Both the position numbers and the translations under genes were made by a program. The notes beneath the pieces were generated by a model. The model searched no databases and was not told the origin of the DNA. It worked only from the letters and a program-made list of their open reading frames with translations. A stretch of DNA of 64,000 nucleotides. Source: Azolla caroliniana (lineage: Eukaryota; Plantae; Polypodiophyta). Of this stretch, positions 26,501 through 38,607 are shown piece after piece. Positions within the stretch are counted from its first letter, which is position 1. Each line of letters begins with the position of its first letter. The stretch is from positions 2,046,001-2,110,000 of the forward strand of contig JBHGNT010000014.1 of the NCBI GenBank assembly GCA_043228905.1. The letters run 5' to 3'.

Positions 26501-27100
26501 TTTTTGGGCAAGAGCGGATCAAATGGTCAGGGTTGCCACAATAGAGACATAAATTGTTGGCCCGTCGATGTTGTCGTTGTGCATTGGTCAATGGTCGATA
26601 GCGAATTCGATCGATCTCCATTGGCAAGCTAGAATCTGTGGCGGGAGTTGAAGATGAAGTGGAGGATGACATGGGAGGCGGTGTCGTCAACCATGGTAGG
26701 TGACTTCGCGTAGTGGTTGGCCAAGGTGGATGGATCTGGTGAGGACGTTCCTCTTGCCGGAACTCAAAGAGACGGTTATCGCAACGCATAGCTTGGGAAA
26801 TAGCCTCATTCAAAGATGTGGGCTCAGGAAAATTAAGTAAAAGATTTTTTATCTCACCTCGTAATCCTCAACGGAATTGATCGAGGACGGTCTGTCTGTC
26901 CCACTCGACATCGCACGCGAGCTGACGAAATTCGGATGCATAGATTGATGTTGCATGATCGCCTTGTTGTAACGCATATAGTTTGTTGAGTGCGGTTCGT
27001 CGTTTGTTGGTCTCCCCAAACGTTGCCTCAAATTCGGTAAGAAATGCTTGGAAGTCATTCAAGAGAGGTGAAGTGGTCTCCACTAGAGGGGCAAACCAAG
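17567..27100 (-). mobile_element. Ty3/gypsy chromovirus (G1, Tcn1-like), split by the 20152-25139 copia; both ends truncated
   Basis: Gag 26418-27100 with CLYCGNPDHLIRSC. Protease ALLDSGAT. RT reads [10 protein letters not shown]|[11 protein letters not shown] across the insertion, then YLDD. RNase H ETDASD. Integrase. GPF and chromodomain remnant. PPT ~17728-17738. Partial 3' LTR 17567-17727 with a 14-bp tandem GTCTTACATACTGG. Confidence 0.92.
20152..25139 (-). mobile_element. Ty1/copia element (copy B2) with RT-core deletion
   Basis: TSD TATTC at 20147-20151 and 25140-25144. LTRs 24343-25139 (5') and 20152-20985 (3'). PBS 24328-24339; PPT 20986-20998. Gag-pol is near-identical to B1 but jumps from FEEAK to MKDLGP near 21885. 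Confidence 0.96.
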
Positions 27101-27499
27101 CTTGGTGTTGCACTTTACCGAAATTGCCGATATCTTCATCAAACCGCTTGGATCAGACAAGTTACAGCACTTCACCGAAATGCTTGGTGTTCAACATCTC
27201 GACATGCCGCACTTGAGGGGGAGAAAAGGAAAGGGAACGGATGGCACCGGACAAGGAGCCGGAGAGTAAGAAAGAACCAACAAAGGGGGAGACAAGAGGA
27301 AAAAGGTGTCATGATCCTTTCGATGCATGATGTGACTGTTATCATGACAGAGAGACAAAGAGAGAGACAAAGAGATAGAGAGATAATTGAAAGAGAATTA
27401 TTATATTGAAGCGTAAAATGGATTACAAAGAGTAGGCTACAAAATGGCGTTGAACCAATTTAGGTTTGGGATGGGTGGTAGATCCCTATTTATAAGTAA

Positions 27500-27675
27500 T
27501 AGAGAACTCTCTAGAATATTCTAGGTTATCCTAGAATGTAGAGTAATCTAGAAGATCTCTAGAGTATTCTAGAAGGTTCTAGTGGTATAGAACACTCTAG
27601 AATATTCTAGGTCATTCTAGAATGTAGAGTAATATAGAATATTCCTATGATATTAGATTTCATATTCTAGAGACT
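27500..27675 (-). promoter_or_regulatory. Cluster of heat-shock-element (nGAAn)-type repeats upstream of the LTR TATA box
   Basis: Perfect TTCtaGAAggTTC at 27567-27579 plus several GAAtaTTC and TTCtaGAA units. The minus-strand TATAAATA is at ~27487-27494. Confidence 0.6.
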
Positions 27676-27684
27676 ATACATATA

Positions 27685-27757
27685 AGAATATTAATACAAT
27701 GGTTAAGGATTTGACATGTGTACAACAAGGTCGTGGGTTCAAATCCTTTTGAGTCAT
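27685..27757 (+). other. tRNA-like (Pol III A-box/B-box) remnant inside the G2 LTR
   Basis: A-box-like TAATACAATGG at 27692 and B-box GGTTCAAATCC at 27736-27746, with tRNA-like spacing. No full cloverleaf. Confidence 0.5.
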
Positions 27758-27800
27758 AATGTGAGTGTCATGATCCTTTCGATGCATGATGTGACTGTTA

Positions 27801-30800
27801 TCATGACGCTATCCCCCTTCTTCGACGACACGTCTCACGGGTCGTAGGGTTTGTATTAGGACCTGGTTTACAAGGATATTGGCGATGAAATGCATTGACG
27901 AGTTCTGTAGCATTGGAAAGATTTGTGGCAGGTTCCCAAGTTCGATCATTGGGGGTATAGCCTAGCCAATCGACTAAGTAATACAACTTGTTGCGCACGA
28001 TTTTAGAATCGAGAACGACAGCAACTTCAAATTCAGGCCCGTCCAAGAACTCGACAGGTGGTGGGGGTGTCGTAAGACGGCCCGGAATTGAACTTGTAGT
28101 ATAAGGTTCCAAAAGGGATACATGAAACACCGGATGAAGATGCATGTGCGGAGGGAGGTCAAGACGAAATGCAACATCACTTATCTTACCAGTGATCATG
28201 TAAGGGCCAAAACATTGGTAATCCAATTTACTGCAAGGTCGAGTGGTCTTGATGTTGTGTTGGAGAAGCCATACATGATCCCCAATGCGGAACTTTTTTG
28301 AGGAGTCTAGACGATGACGATCGGCAAGCCTCTTGTGTGTAAATTGAGCATCGTGCAAATTGTGGAGAATGTTAGCTTGAATTTCTTGGAGGCGACTAAA
28401 ACGATCCTCGGCAGCAGGGTTGGTAGGAACTTCTGGATGCGCATTCATCGTCCACCGAGGATGACAGCCCGTATTTGCAAAAAATGGGGAATATCCTGTA
28501 GAAGAATGGGCTGAGTTGTTGTAAGCGAATTCCGCCAAGTGCAAAAAAGCAACCCAATCATCTTGTTGATAGTTGATGAAACAACGAAGATATTGTTCCA
28601 ATGTCTGGTTGGTACGCTCTGTTTGGCCATTTGTTTCAGGATGATAGCCCGAAGAAAGCTTAACTGAAATGTGGAGAAGTTTGAACAGGTGCTTCCAAAA
28701 CTTTGAGATGAATTGTGGGCCACGATCACTAATAATATCATCCGGCAGACCATGATGCTTAAATACCTCCCGCATAACGAGATCAATCGTCTCTTGACTA
28801 GTAATCGACTTTGTACATGGCAAGAAATGTGCCATTTTGGTAAATCGATCAACCACTGTGAGAATTGCATCAAAACCTTTTGAAACTGGGAGATCAATAA
28901 TGAAGTCCAAGGATATAGACTTCCAAGGTGTTTCCGGAATGGGAAGTGGTTGTAGTAAGCCATAGGGTCGGTGACGAGGATTCTTTGATCGACAACATAT
29001 ATCACAACTCCGAACATACTCCTCAACAAAATGACGAAGGCGAGGCCACCAATAGCGTCGAGAAATTAATTCTAGAGTTTTGTGAACTCCAAAATGACCA
29101 GCCATTGGTGAGTCATGGCAATGTTGCAAAACTTGTAACCGTGGGGGACCATCAGGAACATACAATAAATTTTGTCGAAATAGAAAACCATCATGCCAAT
29201 AGAACTGACAATAGTCATTACGAGGATTTTTCGACTGTGAGCAAGAAGCACGATCCGGGACGATATGATCCAAAACATCCTTGGCGAAATCTTCAGTGGC
29301 CATATGATCTCGAATGGAATCAAGAAGAGTGGAATTTTCAAGAGTTGTTATGGCGTTAACTACCATTAATCGTAATCGATTAGGACCCAAAAGGATTTGT
29401 TTTTGATGCTCAAATGCAGGTTCCCCTGGACGAAGTTCCATATAAGAGCGCCGAGAAAGAGCATCTGCTTTGCCTTGCTGCATCCCAGGGCGATATATGA
29501 TGATAAAGTCGAAGTGAGTCAAAAATTGCGCCCACCGGGCTTGTCACCGACTCAAGACTCGAGCATTTTGGAAATAAGTCAGGTTCTTATGATCATTGTA
29601 GACAATGATCTGCTGAGAAGAACCTTCTAGGAAATGTCGCCATTGTTGAAACGAATCCACGATTGCAAGAAGCTCTTTGTCATGGATCTCGTAGTTGATC
29701 TCTGCAGCTTCAAACTTTCGTGAATGAAAGGCGACAGGGTGTAGTTGTCCATCATCTCTAGTCTGCGAGAGGACACTCCCTAGTGCAAAATCGGATGCAT
29801 CGGCTTCGAGGATGAAGCGTTTTGTTGGGTCGACATGTGCTAAGATAGGTGTCGTTGTAAATGCTCGTTTTAAGCTTTCGAATGCCCCGGATGCATCTGA
29901 ACTCCATATAAATGGTTGATCTTTATGTGTGAGCTGAGTAAGCGGAAGCACAACCTTGGAATAATCTTTAATAAATTTTCGATAAAAATTTGCAAACCCG
30001 AGAAAACATTGCACATCACACACTGAAAGGGGCGTTTGCCACTCTAAAATTGCATGTACCTTCATGGGGTCCATAGCAATACCATTTGACGATACAACAT
30101 ACCCCAAAAATTCCACTTGATTCTGGCCGAAACTACACTTTTCTAATTTTGCGTAGAGACCATATTCTCGGAGTCGGCGCAGTACTTGACGAACATGTGC
30201 ATCATGCTCCTCTTGGATCTTTGAGTAGATTAAAATATCATCTAGGTAAACTATAGTGAAGATATCAAGAAAATCTCGAAAAATATCGTTCGCCATATGT
30301 TGGAAAACAGCAGGTGCATTCGTGAGACCAAATGGCATCACTATATACTCAAAATGTCCATAGCGAGTGCGGAAAGCTGTCTTCCATTCATCCCCCGGGC
30401 GAATCCGAACTAGATTATATGCTCCGCGAAGGTCCAACTTTGTGAAATATTTTGCACCACTGAAACGTTCCAAAAGATTTGGGATTAATGGTAGAGCATA
30501 TCTATTTCGGATAGTCACTTTGTTTAGCCCTCGATAATCCACGACCAACCGAAGAGTCCCATTCTTCTTCTTAACGAAGAAGATAGGTGCACCAGCAGGG
30601 GATCTAGAATGCTGAATGAATCCGTTTGCCAGATTCTCATCAATATATTCCCGCAAAGTCTCTAGCTCTACAGGGGAGAGATTATAAATTGGGCCCCATG
30701 GAGGTTCTTTCCCTGGTTGTAAGTCAATAGGGCAGTCGTATGGCCGATGCTCCGGCAATGTATTGGCCTTCACCTTATCAAAGACATCTGAAAACTCCTT

Positions 30801-31149
30801 GTATTTCTCTGGTAGTTCAATATCCGCGTCACGTGAAGTGGATGATGGAGTTGCTACTATTGCGAAGACGAACATGGCCTCGTTCCCCCCTTCCTCCCGC
30901 AACTGTCGTAAAGAGATGGGCGATAACTCCGGGGATCTATTAGCACATGTAGGAGAGAGGGATGCGGGATTTGTGCTTTTTTCCCGGGTCTCCTCAATTG
31001 TTCTTTTCATCCAATCAATCTTCGGGTTATGGAGTTCAAACCAGGGGAGACCTAGAACTATTGGGTGGTCCGGACTACGAATAATATTGAAAGAGATTAT
31101 GCTTGCCAAATTGCCAAGAACTATCCTAATTGGCTCGGACTCCTCGACA
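27801..31149 (-). pseudogene. G2 pol (partial PR, RT, RNase H, integrase, chromodomain) with a single in-frame stop at 29544
   Basis: ORFs 29544-31109 and 27801-29522. Motifs: LGLPW, DYRGLN, YLDD, EADASD, H-H-C-C, SDRG, GPY-like motif, YLVDWLGY...TWEP chromodomain. Confidence 0.93.
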
Positions 31150-32829
31150 AAAGGAAGTCAAGCCGACCGAAGGAGTCGGGACATCCAAAAAGGTCGGAAC
31201 AAGCGGCAGTGGCGGCAGAGTCAAGAAGGATAGAGCCGACCGGAAGAAAACGGCCAAACCCCGGACGTGGTCTGGTGTGGTGAAGGGCCTGAAACCGGAA
31301 GACGAGTTGGAGAACACCGACTTGCACAAGAGTTGGAACGAATCGAAGGAAACCAATTTGGTTCAAGATTCGGGGAAGCTAGATCAACTAAAGGCCAAGT
31401 GGACACGGATGCAGCGGAAGTCGATGCCAACACGAAGGAACTGACGGGTCGACAAGCACCGAAGTCGCAGTAGCGAGGGAGTTGAAATGGGCCTGTTGAG
31501 CAGACAAGCCGACCGAGGAGGTCGAGGTGCGCAGAACTAGAAGGGCTGCGGCAAACAAGACCGGACCGGATGAGGAACGCAAGCGAGGCGGAGCAACACC
31601 AGAAGGAGCCGGGTAGAAGAACCGGCTGCCGCAAACACTAACACCATGGTCCGACCTCAAGTTGAGCTTGAGGGGGAGTGTTGGGCAAACAAGCTCGACC
31701 AGATCCGGATCGGCTGAATAAGCCTGAGCTGGATCGGCATCTGGAAGGATGAGCCGGATCAGTATCCGGATGGTATCCGGAAACAACTGGCCGGATCGGA
31801 GAGCCGGATTCGAGCGGGAACCGGAAGCCTAGTAGTAGCCTAGACTACTAGATAATCATTGTCTCATAGTTAGTGTCAATCGCACGTGTGAGCATTAAAG
31901 TACCTGTCAGTACTTCTGTCAGTCCTTTATGGACTTGTATAAATAGTGTTGTTTAGCACATTGTGTGTACAGGGTTTTAGAGTTAATTTTTGAATATAGT
32001 CTTATGTTCTGCTCTCTCTGTCTCCTCTGTGTTTTGAAGCTTTTCCATTAAACCTTCATCTCATTTTCTATTGCTATCCGGCTGAGCCGGTTTTGTCGGA
32101 CGCTTCCGCACATTAACATTCACATATTTCTATTTATGAGAGAAAGTGTAAGCTCGAGAGTGCTTGAGAATCACTTTTGCCCAATTCGTTACTACCAATA
32201 GGGTATATGTCGATCTAGATCCTAGATAGAATGATATTGATAGGAGGCATAACTCCATCGATTTATAGACGTGTTTCGGTGTAAGAACATCTATTTAGCG
32301 TTGCCACCGAGGATAAGACAAATGCTTGAAGCTATTGACGAGCTTTGTGCAAGTTCACGAAGCAAGCTTTCCTAATGTTGGAAGATACCAAGAAGGTAAA
32401 GCATTTCCTATTTTTTTAGTGTGTTTAATTAAGCTAACCACTTTTAGCATTTTAGCATTTTAGCATTTTTGTATTTTTGTCATGTTTTGTTTTTACCCAC
32501 TCTTAATTTCCAGTTGTTAGCTTGCTAACTATCCAATTTAATAAGTTTTTTGTTGTTTAATTACACCTTTAGCATATTTTTTCAAGTTTTCAATGACATG
32601 GATAGCGCTAATCAAAAGCACTAACCACTAAAAATTCAAAAAATTTCTTTCCCCCTCCTTTTTACCTTCATTGGCATTGTTCCAACTTTTGGTACCGTAA
32701 TTTAAAAGTTCTATCCAATGATTATATCAAGTCAAAGTGTTTGCCTCCTTGGAACATTGGCCTTGTTCAAGCGTTTGCGTCCTCAAAGCACTCAGCTTGC
32801 TCCAACATTCCCCTTCTTGGAACATTCAC

Positions 32830-35713
32830 AAGTCTCCCTCGGTGCCATTGAAAGGTGATGTCCCACAAAGGGTGTGGACAAGAAAGGATGTCTCATACCG
32901 ACATCTAAGGGTGTTTGAATGTTTGGTGTATATGCATGTGGCTAAGGATCTGAGGTAGCTCTACAATAAGTCGAAACCATGCATAATTCTTGGGTACTCG
33001 GAGGATGAGTTGGGCTACAAGGTGTGGAACTTTGTCGATAAGAAAGTAGTGAGGAGTCATGACGTAGTTTTCATAGAAGACGAGATGATTGAGGACTGGA
33101 AGCAAAAAAAGTCGGAATTGACTTCCCAATCGACTCCCACTACCACCGACTTAACACCAGTCGAACCGACACAATCGGTTGTTCAGAGACAGCCAGTCGG
33201 CACAGTCGAATCCGAGTCGGTCGACTCAGAGCAACCGATCGACACATATGAGTCGGAGTCAATAGACCTAGAGAAGTCGATCGAGGAAGACGAGTCAAAG
33301 TCGGTTGACCCTCAATAACCGATCAACATGTATGAACCCGAGCCGAGAGAAGAGTCGGTAGGAACATCCGAACTTGTGCAGACAATGGGAGGCAGGAGAT
33401 ACCACTAAGAGAAAAGAGAGCACTGACGACATATGTCAATCAATACATCCTCTTGACTGATGATGGTGAACCAGAGTGCTATAAAGAGGCCATGGTCAAT
33501 GAGCATAAAGAAAAATGGCCGAGTTCAATGCAAGACGAGATGGGCTCCTTGCATGAAAATTACACCTATGACCCGGTAGAGTTACCAAAAGGTAAGAGAG
33601 CACTCAAGAATAAATGGGTCTACAAGGTGAAGACTGGAGAATTCGACAATACACCCAGATATAAAACCCGTATTTTGGTGAAGGAGTTTCAACAGAAAAA
33701 GGGTGTCGACTTCGACGAGATACTCGCACCAGTCGTAAAGATGACATCCATCAGAACTGTTCTGAGCATAGCTGCTAGCATGAATATGGAGATCGAACAG
33801 TTCGATGTCAAGACGACATTCTTGCCAAGGAGTTAGACAAAGAGATCTACATGTAGCAACCTGAAGGCTTCGTAGAGAAAGGAAAAGAGAACCTGGTGTG
33901 TTGACTGAAGAAAACTTGTGTGGTCTGAAAAAAGCTCCACGCTAGTGGTATAAGAAGTTTGAATCCTTCATGTTGGAACATGGGTTCCACAAAACATAGG
34001 CGGATCACTGTGTGTTCGTAAAAAGGTATAATGAAGGCGAATTCTTGATTCTTTTATTATATGTGAATGACATATTGATAATCGGACAAGATACCATGAG
34101 GATTGCGAGCTTGAAGAAAGCACTAGGCAAGTCGTTTGCCATGAAAGACCTTGGACCGGCTAAACAGATCTTGGGGATGCATATAGTTTGAGATAGAACA
34201 AAGAATGTGCTATGGTTGTCACAAGAGAAATATGTGACAAAGACCTTGGAAAGATTCAACATGTCGGAAGCAAAACCAATCAGCTTTGTGTTACCAAAAA
34301 ATTGTACGCTAAATGCTAGACAATGCCCAAAGAGTGAGAAGAAGAAGGCTGAGATGAGGAAAGTACCGTATGCCTCGGCCGTCAATAGTCTAATGTATGA
34401 TATGGTCTATATGAGACCAAACATAACATTTTTTGTGGGAGCAATAAGCCGATACATGAGTAATCCAGGACGAGAACACTAGGCAGTTGTTAAATGGATA
34501 CTCAGGTACTTAAAAGGCACCTCGGGGTTGTGCCTCAAGTATGGTGTCAGAAAACTTGTACTCGAAGGTTTTACTGACTTGGAAATGTCGGGAGATGTAG
34601 ACTCAAGTCAATCCACTTTTGGGTACGTGATAACCTATGTAGGGGGAGCAGTGTCGTGGCAGTCAAGACTGCAGAAGTCTATGGCCTTGTCGTCCATAGA
34701 GGCAAAGTATATGGCAATGGTAGAGGCCGGTAAAGAGCTGATTTGGATGAAGAACTTTCTTAGTGAATTGGGGATGAAGCAAGAAAGATTTGAGCTCCAT
34801 TGTGATAATCAAAGCACCATACATGTAGCCAAGTACGCTACATACCACTCTCGAACCAAGCATATACAGAGGAGGTATCATTGGTTGCGGGAGAAAGTGG
34901 ATGAGGGGGGGTTTTCCATTGTGAAGATCCATACTAAGGACAGTGGATCCGACATGCTCATGAAGAGCCTACCGATGGACAAGCTGTCGACAAAGGACAA
35001 GACTAGCTGACTCCCTCCCACAAGAGTGAAGGGGGAGTTTGTTAGGATTATGTCCCTCCTGTGGGAGGAGTTGACTGTTCAGTTGAGGAAGAGCCGACAG
35101 TTGAAGACGAGGGAATAGACGATTGGTCAGACAAGAGCTGACAGTCGAAGACAAGGAAGAGTCAACAATATTGGAGGATATCCAAGTCGAAGACAAAGAC
35201 TGGCTAGTCGAGCGGACCAAATGGTCGAAGACAAGGCCGACTAATCGGGCCAACTGGATAGCTGACATGGGAGTCGGCTAGTTGGGCCGACTCGATCAGT
35301 CGATGATTAACGATTATTATTATTTAGATAATAATAATAATAACATCCATATATGTGAATAGCCCATACTGTGTATGAGTAAAATACACCTAGGGAAAAC
35401 TTTATGATGTGTTGAGATGAGGAGAATAAGGTTTTTGTAGTGGTTGTGTAAAGAAGAGTGCAACAGAGAAGTGTGTGTAAGCGGCGCCATAGTTGTGACG
35501 CCAAGAGCCCTGTGAAGTTTATACGTTTTGTGTGAAGAGTGTTGTAATAAGTTTTATCTCTGTATATTCTCTGATATATAGTGGATCTTTGTTCCTGTGG
35601 TTTTCCCCATTTAGGGTTTCCATGTAAAATGGTGTGCACTGTGTATATGTGTCCATTTGTTGTTTTCTATTCTGCGTTGTGTATTTCTGCATAATTTTTC
35701 TCATAGTTCTACA
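32830..35713 (+). mobile_element. 5'-truncated degenerate copia (INT C-terminus, RT, RH, PPT, 3' LTR 35040-35713)
   Basis: SPSVPLKGD, ALKNKWVYK, LSQEKYV, SSIEAKY. PPT GAAGGGGGAG, then TGTTAGG...TCTACA. Confidence 0.88.
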
Positions 35714-37090
35714 ATGTCGATCCCTTCACATCTGATAGAGATGCCACCCCCTTGCCACCGCTACCATTAGCACCACGCGGACTATCGTCACCTTCGCTAC
35801 TGGTGCAAAGGCCTCATCGTAGTCGATGTCGTGGGTTTGTGCATAGCCTTTGGCCACCAGACGGGCCTTGTATCGATTGGCAAAGTCATCGACATTGTAC
35901 TTTACCTTGTACACCCATTTGCATCAGATTGGCTTGCAATGTCAGGGAGGATCCACCAGGTTCCATGTTTCGTTGACAACTAGTGCCCGCATTTCTTCCT
36001 CCATGGTTGTTTGCCAATTGACATCCTGTGCTGCCTCCGTGTAGCTCTCCGGCTCGTGTATTTCCGCCACCTTTATCATGTATGCATAATGATGCGTCAT
36101 GTACTCATTGTACCTGTACCTAAGGACGGGGTTCTTCTGGCTAGTTGATCAACGCAACCTTTCGTTGGCCGTCTCTAAGGCCCTCTTGGACGATTCCAAC
36201 CTAAGCTTAGGAGGTCCTTCTTCACTCGTGCCTTCATCAGAGTCGCATCGATTCAACATGTCTTCATGATTGTCATGTCCCGACATCTTCTTCTTCCCTT
36301 TTTCTTTGTGCGTAAACTGTCTCCTCGGTTTTGATGCGGGGATTGCACAACCGAGTCTCCACTACTCGTTGGCTCCTCATTCGATTGGTCGTTCCGATTT
36401 AGTCTCTCATTTGGCCCACTTAGCCGAAATGAGATCGGACTCTCTTCTAGAGTTCCGATGTCTCCCTCATTCAGAGGGTTGGTCTCACTAGCCTCATCTC
36501 TAGCAATCGGCTCAGAGTCTTCGAGGGTCGGAGACGGAAGAGAATGCCAAGCCTTCGATTCGTCGAAGACGACGTTGCAGTTCACTCGCACTTGCTTCGT
36601 CTAGGGATTGTAGCACTTGTAGCCTTTCTGCTCATGTGAGTAGCCGACCAATATACACTTTCTACCTTGGTGTCCAGCTTCTTCCATTTCTCATCTGCAC
36701 ATGCAATGTTGCCAATTACCCTTAGGTGACTTATGTTCGGCCTCCGCCCAAAATACCGCTCATGTGCCAACACCTTTTCTATGTGTCCAGAGATCCAATT
36801 TTGGATGTACACCGTCGTCCGAACGGCTTCGACCCAGTAAATTTTTGGCATGCTCTTCTCTTCCAGCATTGCCTGTGCCGCTTCCCTGATAGACCGATTC
36901 CTCCATTGGGCTACACCATTTTGTTCCGACGTATATCTGCATGTAATTCGTGTCGAAATCCCATATGTTGCAGATAATAGTTGAATTGGCCGGAAACATG
37001 TTCTTTTCCACCATCTGATCGCAGACACTTGATATTTCTCTCAGTATCCCTTTCCACTAAGATTTTCAAGTTCCGGAAACAGTCAAAGAT
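35714..37090 (-). pseudogene. Copia fragment (integrase core to RT N-terminus), degenerate
   Basis: [18 protein letters not shown]...[11 protein letters not shown]. Confidence 0.85.
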
Positions 37091-37099
37091 TTGGGGTGG

Positions 37100-38280
37100 T
37101 CAAGCGGAATGGATTCTTCTATAGAATCTATTCACCTTCTTTGAGTTTAATTTCATCTAATGATTAGCCATATTCTCTTAAAACCTACCTCACCTACATT
37201 ATGTGTGAGGTCACCCATGCATAACATCTATGTGCTCTCTCTATATAAGAACAATAATATCTTAGCATGATAAGATAGGATATTGAGGATTTTAATGTCT
37301 ACATAAGAACATTTTTTGGATTTTCCATATTCCATTCCATGCACCAAGTGAGATAGTGCCATCCCACACTTCCACACCATAAAGCAACATGTGGACCACC
37401 ATATCATTGAATAACATCAATCTCACATCCCATCCTCAAGTATCATTTTGATGAGTTTATTCTCGAACATATAATAACTATTTCAACTCTCTTTGAAGTC
37501 AAGACTCATATCATAAGTTCTACCTATTTGTTGGTGGTACATTAATATCTGGATATTTGAAGCTTTGTAACACTTGTATTGGTTCTCCCTTGCATGTAAA
37601 CTTTTGGTAATGTCTTGGTTTCATTTCCATCATTTTTGTTTTTGCCCATGTTAATAGATAATCCGCTAATTTGACAAAATGTGTCCAATACATCAAAATG
37701 ATATGAGAATAAAATATCATCATTTGCATGTAGGAGTACAAAATCAAGCTCATGCATGAGTTTTCGGTCATCCAATCATTCTTCTTTTGTAGTGTTGTTT
37801 GCTATTTCATGAAGTTATCGATGCATAGAATAAAGAGTGATTGAGAGAGCATCGTTGATTGACCCCCATGTTTCTTAAAAAGTATTTTGAGAAACCACTA
37901 ATCGTGCTAGAACTATTGTATTCTCTAATGGCATTTTGATCTCTTCTACGGATGCATCCCTAGATATATGGACTTATGGTAAGCGATTTCCCACCATTTA
38001 AAAACGTAGATCATCTATACTTTAAGGTATTTCAATCTAATATCATTTCCCAAAGTTCACTCCTTGGTTTGATGGCAAAAGGTTTTCTTGAAGCCCACCA
38101 ACAACAATATAACGTTTTCTCTTGAAGTCGACTTTATTATGTGATAACTCATAGTGCAACCAAATGATCAATAGTTAAATGTTTTGTTATAACGTCGGTT
38201 TGACCAAGTGCTCATTTGTGATGATGTTCAACCCATGAGCTTATCTTTTGATCCATGATACTGTTATATAACTTGGCCAT
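37100..38280 (-). mobile_element. Highly degenerate non-LTR (LINE) RT fragment
   Basis: LLHANDD (YADD-like), GLSINMGK, FKY motif and VDFK-like remnants; frameshifted. Confidence 0.55.
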
Positions 38281-38567
38281 AACTAAGCTAACAATGATAG
38301 TTTGATAGTTGTATACTAGAATTTTATATTGTCATTTATGAATTGGTTTAATCCAATTCATGAGCCAATTTTGTGAGAAACCTGGCTTGATAGCTTGATC
38401 CATGGTAGTTGCTATGAATTGGCAAGTTTGTGGTCTTGTCCATCTGAAGAGCTCACTTGTTATTAAAGTTGTATCTGCCATTTTTTCGTGAGACATCTCT
38501 TTTGCCCTAACATCTTCCATAAAAATGCATGCCTTATGTGTTGTTTCAATATTCAATGTCATCAACA

Positions 38568-38607
<40 letters not shown>

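Larger units (their letters stand above)
27307..31149 (-). mobile_element. Ty3/gypsy chromovirus (G2) with one LTR and an intact TSD
   Basis: TSD AAAGG at 27302-27306 and 31150-31154. LTR 27307-27808. PPT GAAGAAGGGGGATAG. Confidence 0.92.
27121..32829 (+). repeat. Second copy of the 7531-9390 segment (copia A RNase H end, 3' extension, LTR 31679-32118, flank), interrupted by gypsy G2
   Basis: 27121-27306 matches 7531-7716, and 31150-32829 matches ~7712-9390, including ~710 bp beyond the LTR. Confidence 0.92.

Noticed and set aside
27685-27757. Functional tRNA gene
   Set aside because: Acceptor and anticodon stems do not pair convincingly; kept only as a tRNA-like remnant.
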